DNA of 64,000 bases from a virus. Taxonomy: Duplodnaviria; Caudoviricetes. Below, piece after piece: positions 37,401 to 46,624 of this stretch. Positions within the stretch are counted from its first letter, which is position 1. Every line of letters begins with the position of its first letter. The notes beneath the pieces are model-generated. The model saw nothing but the letters and a program-made list of their open reading frames with translations, was not told where the DNA came from and did not search any database. Location of the stretch: IMG/VR virus record IMGVR_UViG_3300020046_005360; one strand, 5' to 3'. The translations under genes and the position numbers were made by a program.

Positions 37401-38140
37401 TATTTCCAAGGTATTTCTATGGAATAAGGAATTGGGTCTATAATTCCTACTTTCATAAAGTTCATAATTCGTTCTGAGCATGATGGGCATTTACCACAAC
37501 TTTCTCCTAATTCATTTGGATTATAACAAGTTATAGTACTTTTAAGTAATTCAATTAAACCCAATTCTTTACAAATTTCTATTTCTTGTGCTTTAGATAA
37601 ATGTGAGAATGGGGCAACTATTTCTACTTTGTGAGTTCTATTTTGAGAAGCAACATTATTAATACCATCAACAAATCTTTGTGATGTATCCCAATACCCA
37701 TATTCATCATGAACTTGAAGTCCAGTAAATACGTGAGATGCTTTTTCAACTTCTGCTGTTGATAATGTCAATGAAAGAAGTATCATATTTCTGAAAGGAA
37801 CATATGTTGGAGGTTGTGGATCACCTAATACATCTTTAATATCAGGCATTTTAACTTCTGTACCTCCTATATTAGCACATATAGGTTTCGCAATTTCTCC
37901 TAAAATAGACAAGTCTATAATTTTATGTTTAATACCTAGTATATGACATAAATTAGATGCTTTTTCTAATTCAATTTTTTGTTTTTGACCATAATCATAA
38001 CTAATAGCAGATACTTTATCTCTACCATATTTTGTTACTAACATCATAGTCATAACACTACTATCTAACCCCCCAGATAAAACTGCTATTACATTTTTTT
38101 CTGTTTGAGGTAGATTACTTAATGCTGTTGTTAAATCCAT
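37400..38140 (-). CDS. queC: 7-cyano-7-deazaguanine synthase
   Basis: SGGLDS, DYGQK, YVPFRN, TCY...CGKCPSC. Confidence 0.95.
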   Translation of the reverse strand: MDLTTALSNLPQTEKNVIAVLSGGLDSSVMTMMLVTKYGRDKVSAISYDYGQKQKIELEKASNLCHILGIKHKIIDLSILGEIAKPICANIGGTEVKMPDIKDVLGDPQPPTYVPFRNMILLSLTLSTAEVEKASHVFTGLQVHDEYGYWDTSQRFVDGINNVASQNRTHKVEIVAPFSHLSKAQEIEICKELGLIELLKSTITCYNPNELGESCGKCPSCSERIMNFMKVGIIDPIPYSIEIPWK

Positions 38141-38187
38141 TTTATAAATTTATATTTGCCAGGTATTAATAGGATATAGGCTAATCC

Positions 38188-38358
38188 TTATTTATTAGGT
38201 ACTAATTTAGCTTTTTGAGTATCGTAAAATCCTTTCTTAGCTAAATGTTCTAAGATTTTTATATCATTAGAGTCAATACAATGAGCATTACTAATAATTT
38301 TTCTACAGAGACGCATTACTTCATCTCTTGGAGCGGTAATAATACTATCTTTAGGCAT
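38188..38358 (-). CDS. small hypothetical protein
   Basis: Likely start MPKDSIITAPR inside ORF 38188..38415. Confidence 0.5.
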   Translation of the reverse strand: MPKDSIITAPRDEVMRLCRKIISNAHCIDSNDIKILEHLAKKGFYDTQKAKLVPNK

Positions 38359-38360
38359 AA

Positions 38361-38570
38361 TTAAAGTATTCCCGTTGCTGCAAAATATCCTTTTAGAAAG
38401 TAAATAGGATAACACATTACTTTTCCTTCGTAACCACCTTGTTTTATTTCTTGAGTTTTACATTTAACTCCCTGTTTTTTAGCTTCTTGAAATACTTGTT
38501 GACCAAGTTCCATACCTGCTCTTCTACCTAAATATTCATACAAGCTCGCGTAATCTACATTTTGTTCCAT
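38361..38570 (-). CDS. hypothetical protein
   Basis: SLYEYLGRRAGMELG...YEGKVMCYP. Confidence 0.7.
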   Translation of the reverse strand: MEQNVDYASLYEYLGRRAGMELGQQVFQEAKKQGVKCKTQEIKQGGYEGKVMCYPIYFLKGYFAATGIL

Positions 38571-38573
38571 AAT

Positions 38574-38663
38574 CTAATTTTTATTTACTATTTGTTTAAA
38601 TGTTTTTATATTATTTAATATACAATCTAAAGTTTTAGAATCAACTTCCTTTTCAAAAATACT
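38574..38663 (-). pseudogene. orphaned former 3' end of the dpdA-like gene
   Basis: SIFEKEVDSKTLDCILNNIKTFKQIVNKN* aligns ungapped with QFFDLDIDKECLENILSNINCFRNIVNKI (12/29 identical). Confidence 0.65.
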
Positions 38664-39526
38664 TTATTTTTTATATTTCCAAATATAACTATATGCACTT
38701 TTAGTTGAATTCATACAACACCCGTATATATTATTAAATTTATATTTAGTTTCTTTGGTTATATGAGGTATTCCATCCCAATTTTTTATAAAATTTCCTT
38801 CTAAATCATATTGAACAACTTCTTTTTCAATCTTATATTTTCTTTGAGGGATTCCATCTAATGGAAATTCATAACTCCAAATGAATCCATTAGAAGATTT
38901 AGTAGTTTTACTACAATTATTAGATATATTTCCTGCTAAATAACCTGTTTGTTTGGTAATTTCAATTAAACTTTTCCATTTTTTAATTATATTTCCGGAT
39001 AAGTCATATTGATATATATAAATTTATTCTTTATATATTCATCTATATTATTATTTGATTTATGGAATTTCCACAAATAATTATTTGAAGATTTTTGTAA
39101 ATTTCTACAACATTTAGATATATTAGTCCAATTAAATCCTAAGGTATTTTTTATTTGAATTAAACTATCCCATTTATTTATAAAGACCCCATCTAAAGTA
39201 TATTGAGATATTGGTTTAGACATTTTATCAATAAATGATTGAGGTTGAAAACTTACCCCACCTCCACCTTTATTCTTATTTTGGATATCAAATCCTAAAA
39301 ATCTAAAATATTCAATCCAGAAACATTCTAATGGTTTCCAATCTCTACTATGTAGAGAATTTATTTCATCTATATAATCATAGGTAATTTGTTTACCGTA
39401 AGTTCGTTGATGTTTGGATTTCCTACATGATTTAGTCTTACCTATATAGATTTTATTAGGGTCTCCATAGCAGTTAGTTACTAAATAGATCTTGGTAATT
39501 TGGGAAGTTTCTTGTATATTTATCAC
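38664..39526 (-). CDS. GIY-YIG homing endonuclease with NUMOD1-like repeats, frameshifted at the (AT)n run 39012-39020
   Basis: KIYLVTN...IYIGKT; repeats IxQYxLxG..IxxW; the second frame continues QYDLSGNIIKKW...IWKYKK*. Confidence 0.8.
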
Positions 39527-39550
39527 GGTAATAATTTATTTATTGGCGTA

Positions 39551-39595
39551 TATAAATATTACTTCCTTAAGCCTCTATTCAGAGGCTTTTATTTT
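39551..39595 (-). repeat. 45-bp GIY-YIG cassette left end (KIKASE* coding, hairpin, late-type motif), copy A
   Basis: 44/45 identical to 53401-53445. Confidence 0.9.
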
Positions 39596-40387
39596 ATTTA
39601 CTATATTTCTAAAACAATTTATATTAGATAATATATTTTCCAAACATTCTTTATCAATATCTAAATCAAAAAATTGTTCCATTTTAGATTTTGATTTAGT
39701 TTTAAAATTTTGTTCTGTATATAAACCTTCTTCAATAGCTTTAATAATTGGATTAGAAGTATCAATACTATTTACTATTCCAGGTAATGCCTGATTATAA
39801 TAATGGAATTCTGTCACATCTGTTGCTCCAAGAAGATGGATCCAATGATGTTCTTTTATTATATTTTTATTCCATAATCTTCGAATAAGTGTAATTCTAC
39901 CAATTTTTGCTTTTTCAATTTTATCTTCAACGGAACCAACTTCATTTTGATAAGCAATAGAAGAGTGATTAAAAGCAAAGTGCCTATATCCTAAATCGAT
40001 GCATTGTTGGTATAGTTGTTCTATTTCAGAAAATGTTTTACCTTGTAAAACTACCATTAAATTTAAATGGGGTTCTAATACTCCTGTTTTTTTAAGAGAC
40101 ATCCAATATTTAGCATCTTTAGCAGTAGCTGTAGCATCGTTCCAAGTATCTACAGGAATAAAAATTGTTGGTTTTGATTGTTTAATAAGTTGGATTAATT
40201 CTTGAATGGTAGGTACTTCACCTTCAAATAACCCACAATCCAAAATTTTCATCCCATTATATTCATCCATAAACTTTTTATACTTGTCATATCTAGTATA
40301 GAAGTAGGGGAGTATATATTGAAAGTCATTATACTCTTTACTTTTCTCCAATAAACATAGAGGAGACTCATGTGAAATTAATATCAT
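39575..40387 (-). CDS. DpdA-like/TGT-fold 7-deazaguanine DNA transglycosylase
   Basis: ILDCGLFE, PVD, VVLQG, IHLLG, SIDTS motifs of TGT-like barrels; lies inside the que cluster. Confidence 0.7.
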   Translation of the reverse strand: MILISHESPLCLLEKSKEYNDFQYILPYFYTRYDKYKKFMDEYNGMKILDCGLFEGEVPTIQELIQLIKQSKPTIFIPVDTWNDATATAKDAKYWMSLKKTGVLEPHLNLMVVLQGKTFSEIEQLYQQCIDLGYRHFAFNHSSIAYQNEVGSVEDKIEKAKIGRITLIRRLWNKNIIKEHHWIHLLGATDVTEFHYYNQALPGIVNSIDTSNPIIKAIEEGLYTEQNFKTKSKSKMEQFFDLDIDKECLENILSNINCFRNIVNKIKASE

Positions 40388-40517
40388 AATTATTTATATT
40401 TAAATATGTAACCTTTTATTGCTTCTTTAGCCACAATCAATGCTTTATCTTCACAACTAACTTCAACATCGAAATCAACATTAAAACTTACTTTACCTTG
40501 TATATTAAATTCCATAA

Positions 40518-41072
40518 TTATATTTCTATTTCATCTTGGGTTCCATCTGGTTTACTATAAACTGCATAACTAGGTTGTAAATTAAATTGTGTTCCTTTAT
40601 ATGCGTCTACATATTTTTGTCCTTCTCCTTTTTTCAAATAAGCAATCGTCATATGAGGATGATATTCATATGGAGATTCTTTATGAGGAAATGACTTAAG
40701 TTGTGTATTTATTTTTCCTAATACATTTCCTCCTTTAATTTTATAACCAACATCAAATTTAAGTACATCATATTCGGGATTATCAAAAATTGACATATTT
40801 GATACCATAAAAGTTTTATCTAAATCATGACCATTTATTACTCTAGTTATATCATCTGTTGTTACTTCTGGATGTAAACCAAATAATAAAGTACAATGAG
40901 GTTCTGATTCTAAACCGAATGATGGGTCTTCTTCGTCAACGTAAATATCTTCTTCTTTTATAGCACTATGGATTTTAAATATTTGAGGGAAATTAAAATA
41001 TAACATAGCACACCCGAATTCATGATTGTGATCTTCTAGAAGTAGTTGATTAATTGCTTTTCTTATATCCAT
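40518..41072 (-). CDS. 2H phosphoesterase (Acb1/T4 57B-like)
   Basis: Two HxT motifs: PHCTLL and PHMTIA. Confidence 0.8.
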   Translation of the reverse strand: MDIRKAINQLLLEDHNHEFGCAMLYFNFPQIFKIHSAIKEEDIYVDEEDPSFGLESEPHCTLLFGLHPEVTTDDITRVINGHDLDKTFMVSNMSIFDNPEYDVLKFDVGYKIKGGNVLGKINTQLKSFPHKESPYEYHPHMTIAYLKKGEGQKYVDAYKGTQFNLQPSYAVYSKPDGTQDEIEI

Positions 41073-41073
41073 A

Positions 41074-41262
41074 TTAAATAGTTATTGATGTTTTATTTTT
41101 ATTTTGGATACAAGCCATTGTATTATATGAATATAATATATCACTAACATTATATTTTTCTTCCAAAATATATTCCATATTTTCACGAGTTATATAACCT
41201 TCGTTTTGTAAAACATATAATACTCTCATAACATCTTCCAGTAGTGGTGTTGTATTTTTCAT
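41074..41262 (-). CDS. hypothetical protein
   Basis: 62 aa ORF. Confidence 0.5.
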   Translation of the reverse strand: MKNTTPLLEDVMRVLYVLQNEGYITRENMEYILEEKYNVSDILYSYNTMACIQNKNKTSITI

Positions 41263-41663
41263 TCTCTAATTAATTTATGATTATCCCATTTGAAGTTACC
41301 AATAATTACCCCACTTTGTATTATACAAGTATTTATAATTTCAAATAAATTAGAAAGATATATTTCTATCATATATCCATCAGGATGAATTAATTCAGCC
41401 CAATCTTGACTTTTACCAGATCTATAACCATTTATTTTCCATCCACTTCTAAATGTTTCTTTTATAATATAAATGGGGAGATTTTGTTTTTCCCAATATG
41501 TATTTCCCCAATTTTCAAATGATTTAGGAATTTCCCCCCTTTGAGTAAATTTAGATAAAAATCCTGTTTTAGGGATATTTGGAGATGAAGGATATTTATC
41601 CCAAATTTTTAAAAGAAATTCATCTTCTTCTAATATATAACAAGGTTCATATAACTTTTTCAT
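41259..41663 (-). CDS. hypothetical protein
   Basis: 134 aa, HPDGYMIEIYLSNL. Confidence 0.7.
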   Translation of the reverse strand: MKKLYEPCYILEEDEFLLKIWDKYPSSPNIPKTGFLSKFTQRGEIPKSFENWGNTYWEKQNLPIYIIKETFRSGWKINGYRSGKSQDWAELIHPDGYMIEIYLSNLFEIINTCIIQSGVIIGNFKWDNHKLIRE

Positions 41664-41665
41664 AA

Positions 41666-42130
41666 CTATTCTTGGTAAATTCCACTATTTTTTGTATTCT
41701 CATTACATTCAACTTTAACGACTTTAACTCTTCCACCTTCAGTTTTAGAAAATACATCATTAAATTTATTGAATACTAATTTAGCAGCACTTTCTGCTCC
41801 AATTCTATCCATAGTAACTAGTTTAAGTAATCCTAATTCTTCCATCATTTGAAATGATTCTAATTGTGGATCATCTTTTTCAATAATTGTAGTATGATCA
41901 AACATATCATTTAACCAATCTTTCAAACCATTTCTACTAAATAATCCAAAATCAACTATCCAATTCATTTCATCAAGTTGATCTTCTTCATAACCATCTT
42001 TGGAAGCAAACCATACTTTAAATGTAAATGCATAACCATGTAATAATTGACAATGACTATGTTGCGCTTTGTGTTGTCTAATAGCAACAGAAAAATTATC
42101 AAATATTTTTGTTGATAAATAAGTACCCAT
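41666..42130 (-). CDS. queD: 6-carboxytetrahydropterin synthase
   Basis: HCQLLHGY, WIVDFG, FDHT, AESAA. Confidence 0.9.
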   Translation of the reverse strand: MGTYLSTKIFDNFSVAIRQHKAQHSHCQLLHGYAFTFKVWFASKDGYEEDQLDEMNWIVDFGLFSRNGLKDWLNDMFDHTTIIEKDDPQLESFQMMEELGLLKLVTMDRIGAESAAKLVFNKFNDVFSKTEGGRVKVVKVECNENTKNSGIYQE

Positions 42131-42214
42131 ATTTTGTATTTTTATAATTTTATTTATATGAATATATGAAGGCCTTTATAAAAGGCCTAATAATTTTTAA
42201 TATATTTTCTGAAT

Positions 42215-42865
42215 TTAGATATATTCTGCGTATTTTAACGTTAGTTGAATTCGTTCTTGTAAACCTTTATCTCCCCCATTTATTATTTTAGATATTCTTG
42301 TTATAGTAGGAATACTAAAACCTCTATCACATTCTTTCCATACTCCAAATCTTGAAAAGTAGAACATAGCTGACTCGAATGCATATTTAGTTGCTACTAA
42401 ATCTGGGTTTGTCATTATTTCTGGATCTTTTATAAATTGTGAGAATAATAAATAATTTGCTCTACCTGTTAATTGTAACGCCCCTCTTCCTCTAAATTTC
42501 CAACCATCTCCCGACGCTTCATTTCCATTACCATTTTGATTTGCATAAACAAAATTAGCAATAGCTTCAGGTTTACTAACATATTTTTTAGCAAATTCTA
42601 ATTCTTGTGGAGAAATTACTTTATCTTTATTTAAATCGAAATCATGTTTAAATACTCTAGCTAAATTTTCGGCACTTTTATAGTTTAAATTTTCAATAAA
42701 AGTATCAAAATGACCAGTCTCATGATTTACTTGTGCAAAAAAATGTGCTCCCCTTTGAAGAGTTGTTATTTTAAGATATTTACATGTTGCTTTAAAAGTA
42801 TTTTTACCAAATACCCCATCAGGTTCTACTCCACTATTTTTTTGTAATATCTGTAACGAATTCAT
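42215..42865 (-). CDS. endolysin, glycoside hydrolase family 19
   Basis: DGVFG peptidoglycan-binding motif; FAQVNHETG, ENLNY, FRGRGALQLTGRANY, INGG. Confidence 0.9.
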   Translation of the reverse strand: MNSLQILQKNSGVEPDGVFGKNTFKATCKYLKITTLQRGAHFFAQVNHETGHFDTFIENLNYKSAENLARVFKHDFDLNKDKVISPQELEFAKKYVSKPEAIANFVYANQNGNGNEASGDGWKFRGRGALQLTGRANYLLFSQFIKDPEIMTNPDLVATKYAFESAMFYFSRFGVWKECDRGFSIPTITRISKIINGGDKGLQERIQLTLKYAEYI

Positions 42866-42867
42866 AT

Positions 42868-43104
42868 TTATTCTTCTTTTGATTTATTAATATTAGACCA
42901 AGTAGTTAAACCAAATAAGGCTGCAATAAAAGTATAGTCAATTGTTAACACCATTTCTAATTGTGTTAAATTACCTATCATTAACCATTTAGTATGAACA
43001 ATAATTACTAATACAATTAACACGAATGCTGTTAATTTTTTAGAGCTAAATCCTTCCTCATTAGTTTTAAAACTATTTAATAAATCATCTAATATTTTTT
43101 TCAT
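42868..43104 (-). CDS. putative holin
   Basis: 78 aa, two TM helices, SSKK motif, adjacent to the endolysin. Confidence 0.6.
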   Translation of the reverse strand: MKKILDDLLNSFKTNEEGFSSKKLTAFVLIVLVIIVHTKWLMIGNLTQLEMVLTIDYTFIAALFGLTTWSNINKSKEE

Positions 43105-43116
43105 TTTTAAATATTA

Positions 43117-43728
43117 TTAAATAGATTTTTCTTCTTCATCTTCTTCAAATATATTATCGAATGAAGAATCTATTTTGTTAGTAATTTTTTTCTCAAATAA
43201 ATTTAGTATATTATCCCAAAATTTAAATATTCTTGGTTTATATCCATATATTTTTTCATGATTTTCTCCTATACTATGAATTTCAAATCCACAAGATAAT
43301 AACCAAACAGTTCCTTGTAAACTTATACTAATAATATAAACCCAAGTTAGACCCATTATTTCTATCATTATTGAGGTTACTGCTAATAAAAATGACAATA
43401 ACGATACTCCTAATAATTTCCATAATGTTCTATATAACTTATAAGATTTTACATAAGGTTTTTTTGGATCTTTAAATTTTATTAAACTCTTATGTTTAGC
43501 TGCTTTTAAACCTGTTATCAAATCCGCTAGGCACACAATACAGAACATTATAGTTCCTACTACCATTAACACTATTGGAATTAATAAATGTTTAAGATCA
43601 GTACCATTCGTTAAAGTTTCAAACCAAAAAGTTAAAGGCATAGATAATGAAAACGACAACAATGATAATGTTCCTTTTTTAAATGATATTATTTTCCATA
43701 TAAAATTTAACGCTACTTCAAATACCAT
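43117..43728 (-). CDS. putative holin (Bacteroidota phage type)
   Basis: ADLITGLKAA...SYKLYRTLWK...EIHSIGEN; multiple TM helices. Confidence 0.7.
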   Translation of the reverse strand: MVFEVALNFIWKIISFKKGTLSLLSFSLSMPLTFWFETLTNGTDLKHLLIPIVLMVVGTIMFCIVCLADLITGLKAAKHKSLIKFKDPKKPYVKSYKLYRTLWKLLGVSLLSFLLAVTSIMIEIMGLTWVYIISISLQGTVWLLSCGFEIHSIGENHEKIYGYKPRIFKFWDNILNLFEKKITNKIDSSFDNIFEEDEEEKSI

Positions 43729-44168
43729 TTAATAAAATTTATTGATATTAATAATATTATTGTGCTTAATAATATAGGTTGGATGAAAATAACATATGTT
43801 ATAGCAGGAAATGATATTAATAATGATATTAAAGATATAACTTGAACAAATGAAAACATACAACTTATTATTTTCGTACTCAAACAACTAGTATATCGAA
43901 AAGACTTAAATATAAAAAATAAACTAAATATAAATAATTCTAAAGTTGCAAATAATGGGAACCAAAACAATAAATAATTATCCCCTTTATTAGTAATTAT
44001 TGCTGGATTGTTGCTATCTGGTATAAAAAAAGAAATTATTTCTATAAATGATACTAAAAAAATTACCAAAGCCATAGAATAATCTAATGTTTTTTTATTA
44101 CTTATCTCTTTTACTTTAGTGATTAGAGAAGTTTTCTTTCCTAAACTTTCATCAGGTATTCTGGGCAT
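43713..44168 (-). CDS. membrane protein in the lysis module
   Basis: Four TM segments; late-type motif at 44192-44199. Confidence 0.7.
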   Translation of the reverse strand: MPRIPDESLGKKTSLITKVKEISNKKTLDYSMALVIFLVSFIEIISFFIPDSNNPAIITNKGDNYLLFWFPLFATLELFIFSLFFIFKSFRYTSCLSTKIISCMFSFVQVISLISLLISFPAITYVIFIQPILLSTIILLISINFIKWYLK

Positions 44169-44202
44169 AATATGTAGGTTAAAATATACTCATAAATATA
44201 TA

Positions 44203-44221
44203 AGGCCCCTATAAGGGGCCG
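44203..44221. terminator. GC-rich hairpin between nrdJ and the lysis genes
   Basis: GGCCCCT-ATA-AGGGGCC. Confidence 0.6.
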
Positions 44222-44300
44222 AATAATTTAATTAATTTCTAATGAAAGAGTGTAGATCCAACATTCTACTCCCATATATTTATATATCATGTTTTATTTA

Positions 44301-46523
44301 TTAAAATGTTACTTCACACTGTCCTCCACTACAAGCAAGAGCTCCCATAGTGTCAATATCGACATAATTAGGTTCTTTCAAAATAGAAGGATAATCAATT
44401 AATTTAAAATTTCTAGAAACTGTATTCCATTTATGCCAAAGGTGGATATCTTTTAAACAATATATCGTTTTGTTCATATCTCCTTTGAAATAATTTTTAG
44501 CAAATTGTTTAGTTCTTCTAATCCAATCTTTTTTCAAAAGTACTTGTTCTCTTGTTCCAACAATAGGGGAAGTGGGGTCAGATACAGTTCCAGTGGCAGT
44601 CCATAAATCACCATTAAAATAATGTAACCCATCCACAATTAATCCAGATGCAAACAACACCCCATTTCCATATTTAGATATTAATTCTTCCGTATTTAAC
44701 ACTGATGTAAAAGGAGATTGTGGATAATCTTTATCCCCAAATAATGATAAGAAAGATACTGCTGAGAAGTTATCTTGATGTTCAAATATATAATCTACAA
44801 CTTCTTCTTTATTATCAATAATAACAGTATTACTTACATTATGGTTGGCTGTTTTTATATAGCATGCTTCTTCTCTTTTACCTTCAGTCACCCAGTATTT
44901 TTGAACTAATTCGATTAATTTAAGGTGTTTTACTCCTTGAACTTCATCTTTATACATTGTTACTTCGTTATTTTCACAAGGAGAATAAACAACATAATCC
45001 GTTTTAGTGCTACTCCATACTGATTCTTCCAATAATTCAGGGCATGTTTCTTCTAAATATTTAGCAGTATCACTATCTTTATTTAATTGCATTATTCTAA
45101 AATATCTTTTAGAATGTTCTGGATGGATTCCCGATGGTGTTTTTAGAATTACCGAAGCATTTCCAGAAGGTTTTACTGTTGTAGTACGTGCAGCTACATT
45201 TAATCCTAAAACTTTAGCAACCTCTTCATTAACTTGTTTTACAATATGAGCCCCTTTTGTTAGTATATCAGCATTAAATAATTCAGGTCTAGCCATCCAA
45301 CCTGTTATTGATACTCCTAATAAAGCTTCACCAGCTACTATTTCTTCAGTCTCTTTTCCTAAATATGGGAAAGTAGTATAACCAGCTTGCATTGTTCCTA
45401 CAATAGAAGCCTTTCTACATAATTCGTAGAATTTCTCTTCACTAAATCTTCCTTTTTTATCAGAACAAGCAGAAGCACTAATTTCATTTAAATTACAAAA
45501 TTGAAATACAGCATAATTTTTATCTTTAATTTGTTCATAAAAATTAAATTGAATTTCAAAACATGGATTAAACATATCATCATCGTGAGACATAAATACA
45601 AATCCAAGATCATTATCTCCTTCATTTAATGCTACTAAATCTTCAAATTGTTTCTTAGTAAATTTATTTCTTAGAAGACCTACAGAGTTATTACTTCTAG
45701 CTCTCCATGGATGTTTAGTTCTCCAATCACCCACCTTAGCATTAATCATCTCTTCATCATCTTCGTCTATAACAACGTTCATTGCTGATCTTCTGACACC
45801 TCCTGATAAAACCGCATCCGATAAATGCATGAATATATCATATACTATAATAGATCTAAATGGAGTTGAGTCTGAACTTCCTAGGTTTTTGTTTAATAAT
45901 TCTTCTATTCTTTCCAAAGATTGTTTTAGTCCATCAGGTCCTGGTGCTCTAAACCCCCCAGATATTAATGCCCCTTTAGGTCTAATTTGGGAATAATCTA
46001 ATTTAATTTCATATCCATAATATTCTTCGTATAAAGATTTATGTTTACAAAATGAACTCATTAATACCTTACAAGCTTCACCCCAACCTTCTGTTGAATC
46101 CGGGACTACAAATGTTTTAGTTCCTAATTTTCGTTTATCTATAGAAGGAAGTTGAGATATAAATTTCTTTTTTAATGAAACTCCTAATCCAGTACCTGCT
46201 AATAATATAAATAATCCCTTATTGAATACATCTGGAGAGTATGCATATGTAACGCAACAGTTGTATAACCTAGCATGATTCTTTAATATAAGATGCTCTC
46301 TAAATTGAAGATTTCTCTGTGATGATAAAAACTCTTTATTACAATATGAGTCTAATACTTCATTTATATAAGGAGTAACGATATCTCCATATTTTAAATA
46401 ATGTGTATTTAACACTTTAGCACAAGCCTCATTCCAAGTTTCATATCTTCCTAAATTTTCATCAAATTTGAGATAGTCCGTGTATAATTTTAATTGTGAA
46501 ACAAATTCTTTTCCCTTACTCAT
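44301..46523 (-). CDS. nrdJ: ribonucleotide reductase, class II (B12-dependent RTPR type)
   Basis: YNC, GGVRRSA, NPCFEI, FCNL, TTVKPSG, C-terminal CSGGQC; no beta subunit adjacent. Confidence 0.8.
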   Translation of the reverse strand: MSKGKEFVSQLKLYTDYLKFDENLGRYETWNEACAKVLNTHYLKYGDIVTPYINEVLDSYCNKEFLSSQRNLQFREHLILKNHARLYNCCVTYAYSPDVFNKGLFILLAGTGLGVSLKKKFISQLPSIDKRKLGTKTFVVPDSTEGWGEACKVLMSSFCKHKSLYEEYYGYEIKLDYSQIRPKGALISGGFRAPGPDGLKQSLERIEELLNKNLGSSDSTPFRSIIVYDIFMHLSDAVLSGGVRRSAMNVVIDEDDEEMINAKVGDWRTKHPWRARSNNSVGLLRNKFTKKQFEDLVALNEGDNDLGFVFMSHDDDMFNPCFEIQFNFYEQIKDKNYAVFQFCNLNEISASACSDKKGRFSEEKFYELCRKASIVGTMQAGYTTFPYLGKETEEIVAGEALLGVSITGWMARPELFNADILTKGAHIVKQVNEEVAKVLGLNVAARTTTVKPSGNASVILKTPSGIHPEHSKRYFRIMQLNKDSDTAKYLEETCPELLEESVWSSTKTDYVVYSPCENNEVTMYKDEVQGVKHLKLIELVQKYWVTEGKREEACYIKTANHNVSNTVIIDNKEEVVDYIFEHQDNFSAVSFLSLFGDKDYPQSPFTSVLNTEELISKYGNGVLFASGLIVDGLHYFNGDLWTATGTVSDPTSPIVGTREQVLLKKDWIRRTKQFAKNYFKGDMNKTIYCLKDIHLWHKWNTVSRNFKLIDYPSILKEPNYVDIDTMGALACSGGQCEVTF

Positions 46524-46624
46524 TTTATTTGTTAATTGTTATTTTAATAATTTCTTCATCATAAACCTCTATTTCATTAATTTTACTTTGTTCCATATTT
46601 TTTCTTTAGTTGTAATAATAAATA

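Noticed and set aside
37401-37490. N-terminal extension MPIMLRTNY... of the Gat ORF
   Set aside because: It overlaps queC out of frame. An Ntn amidotransferase needs Cys at position 2, which the ATG at 37400 provides.
38574-39595. Group I intron in the dpdA-like gene
   Set aside because: No non-coding space for an intron core, and the upstream gene already has a complete equivalent C-terminus.
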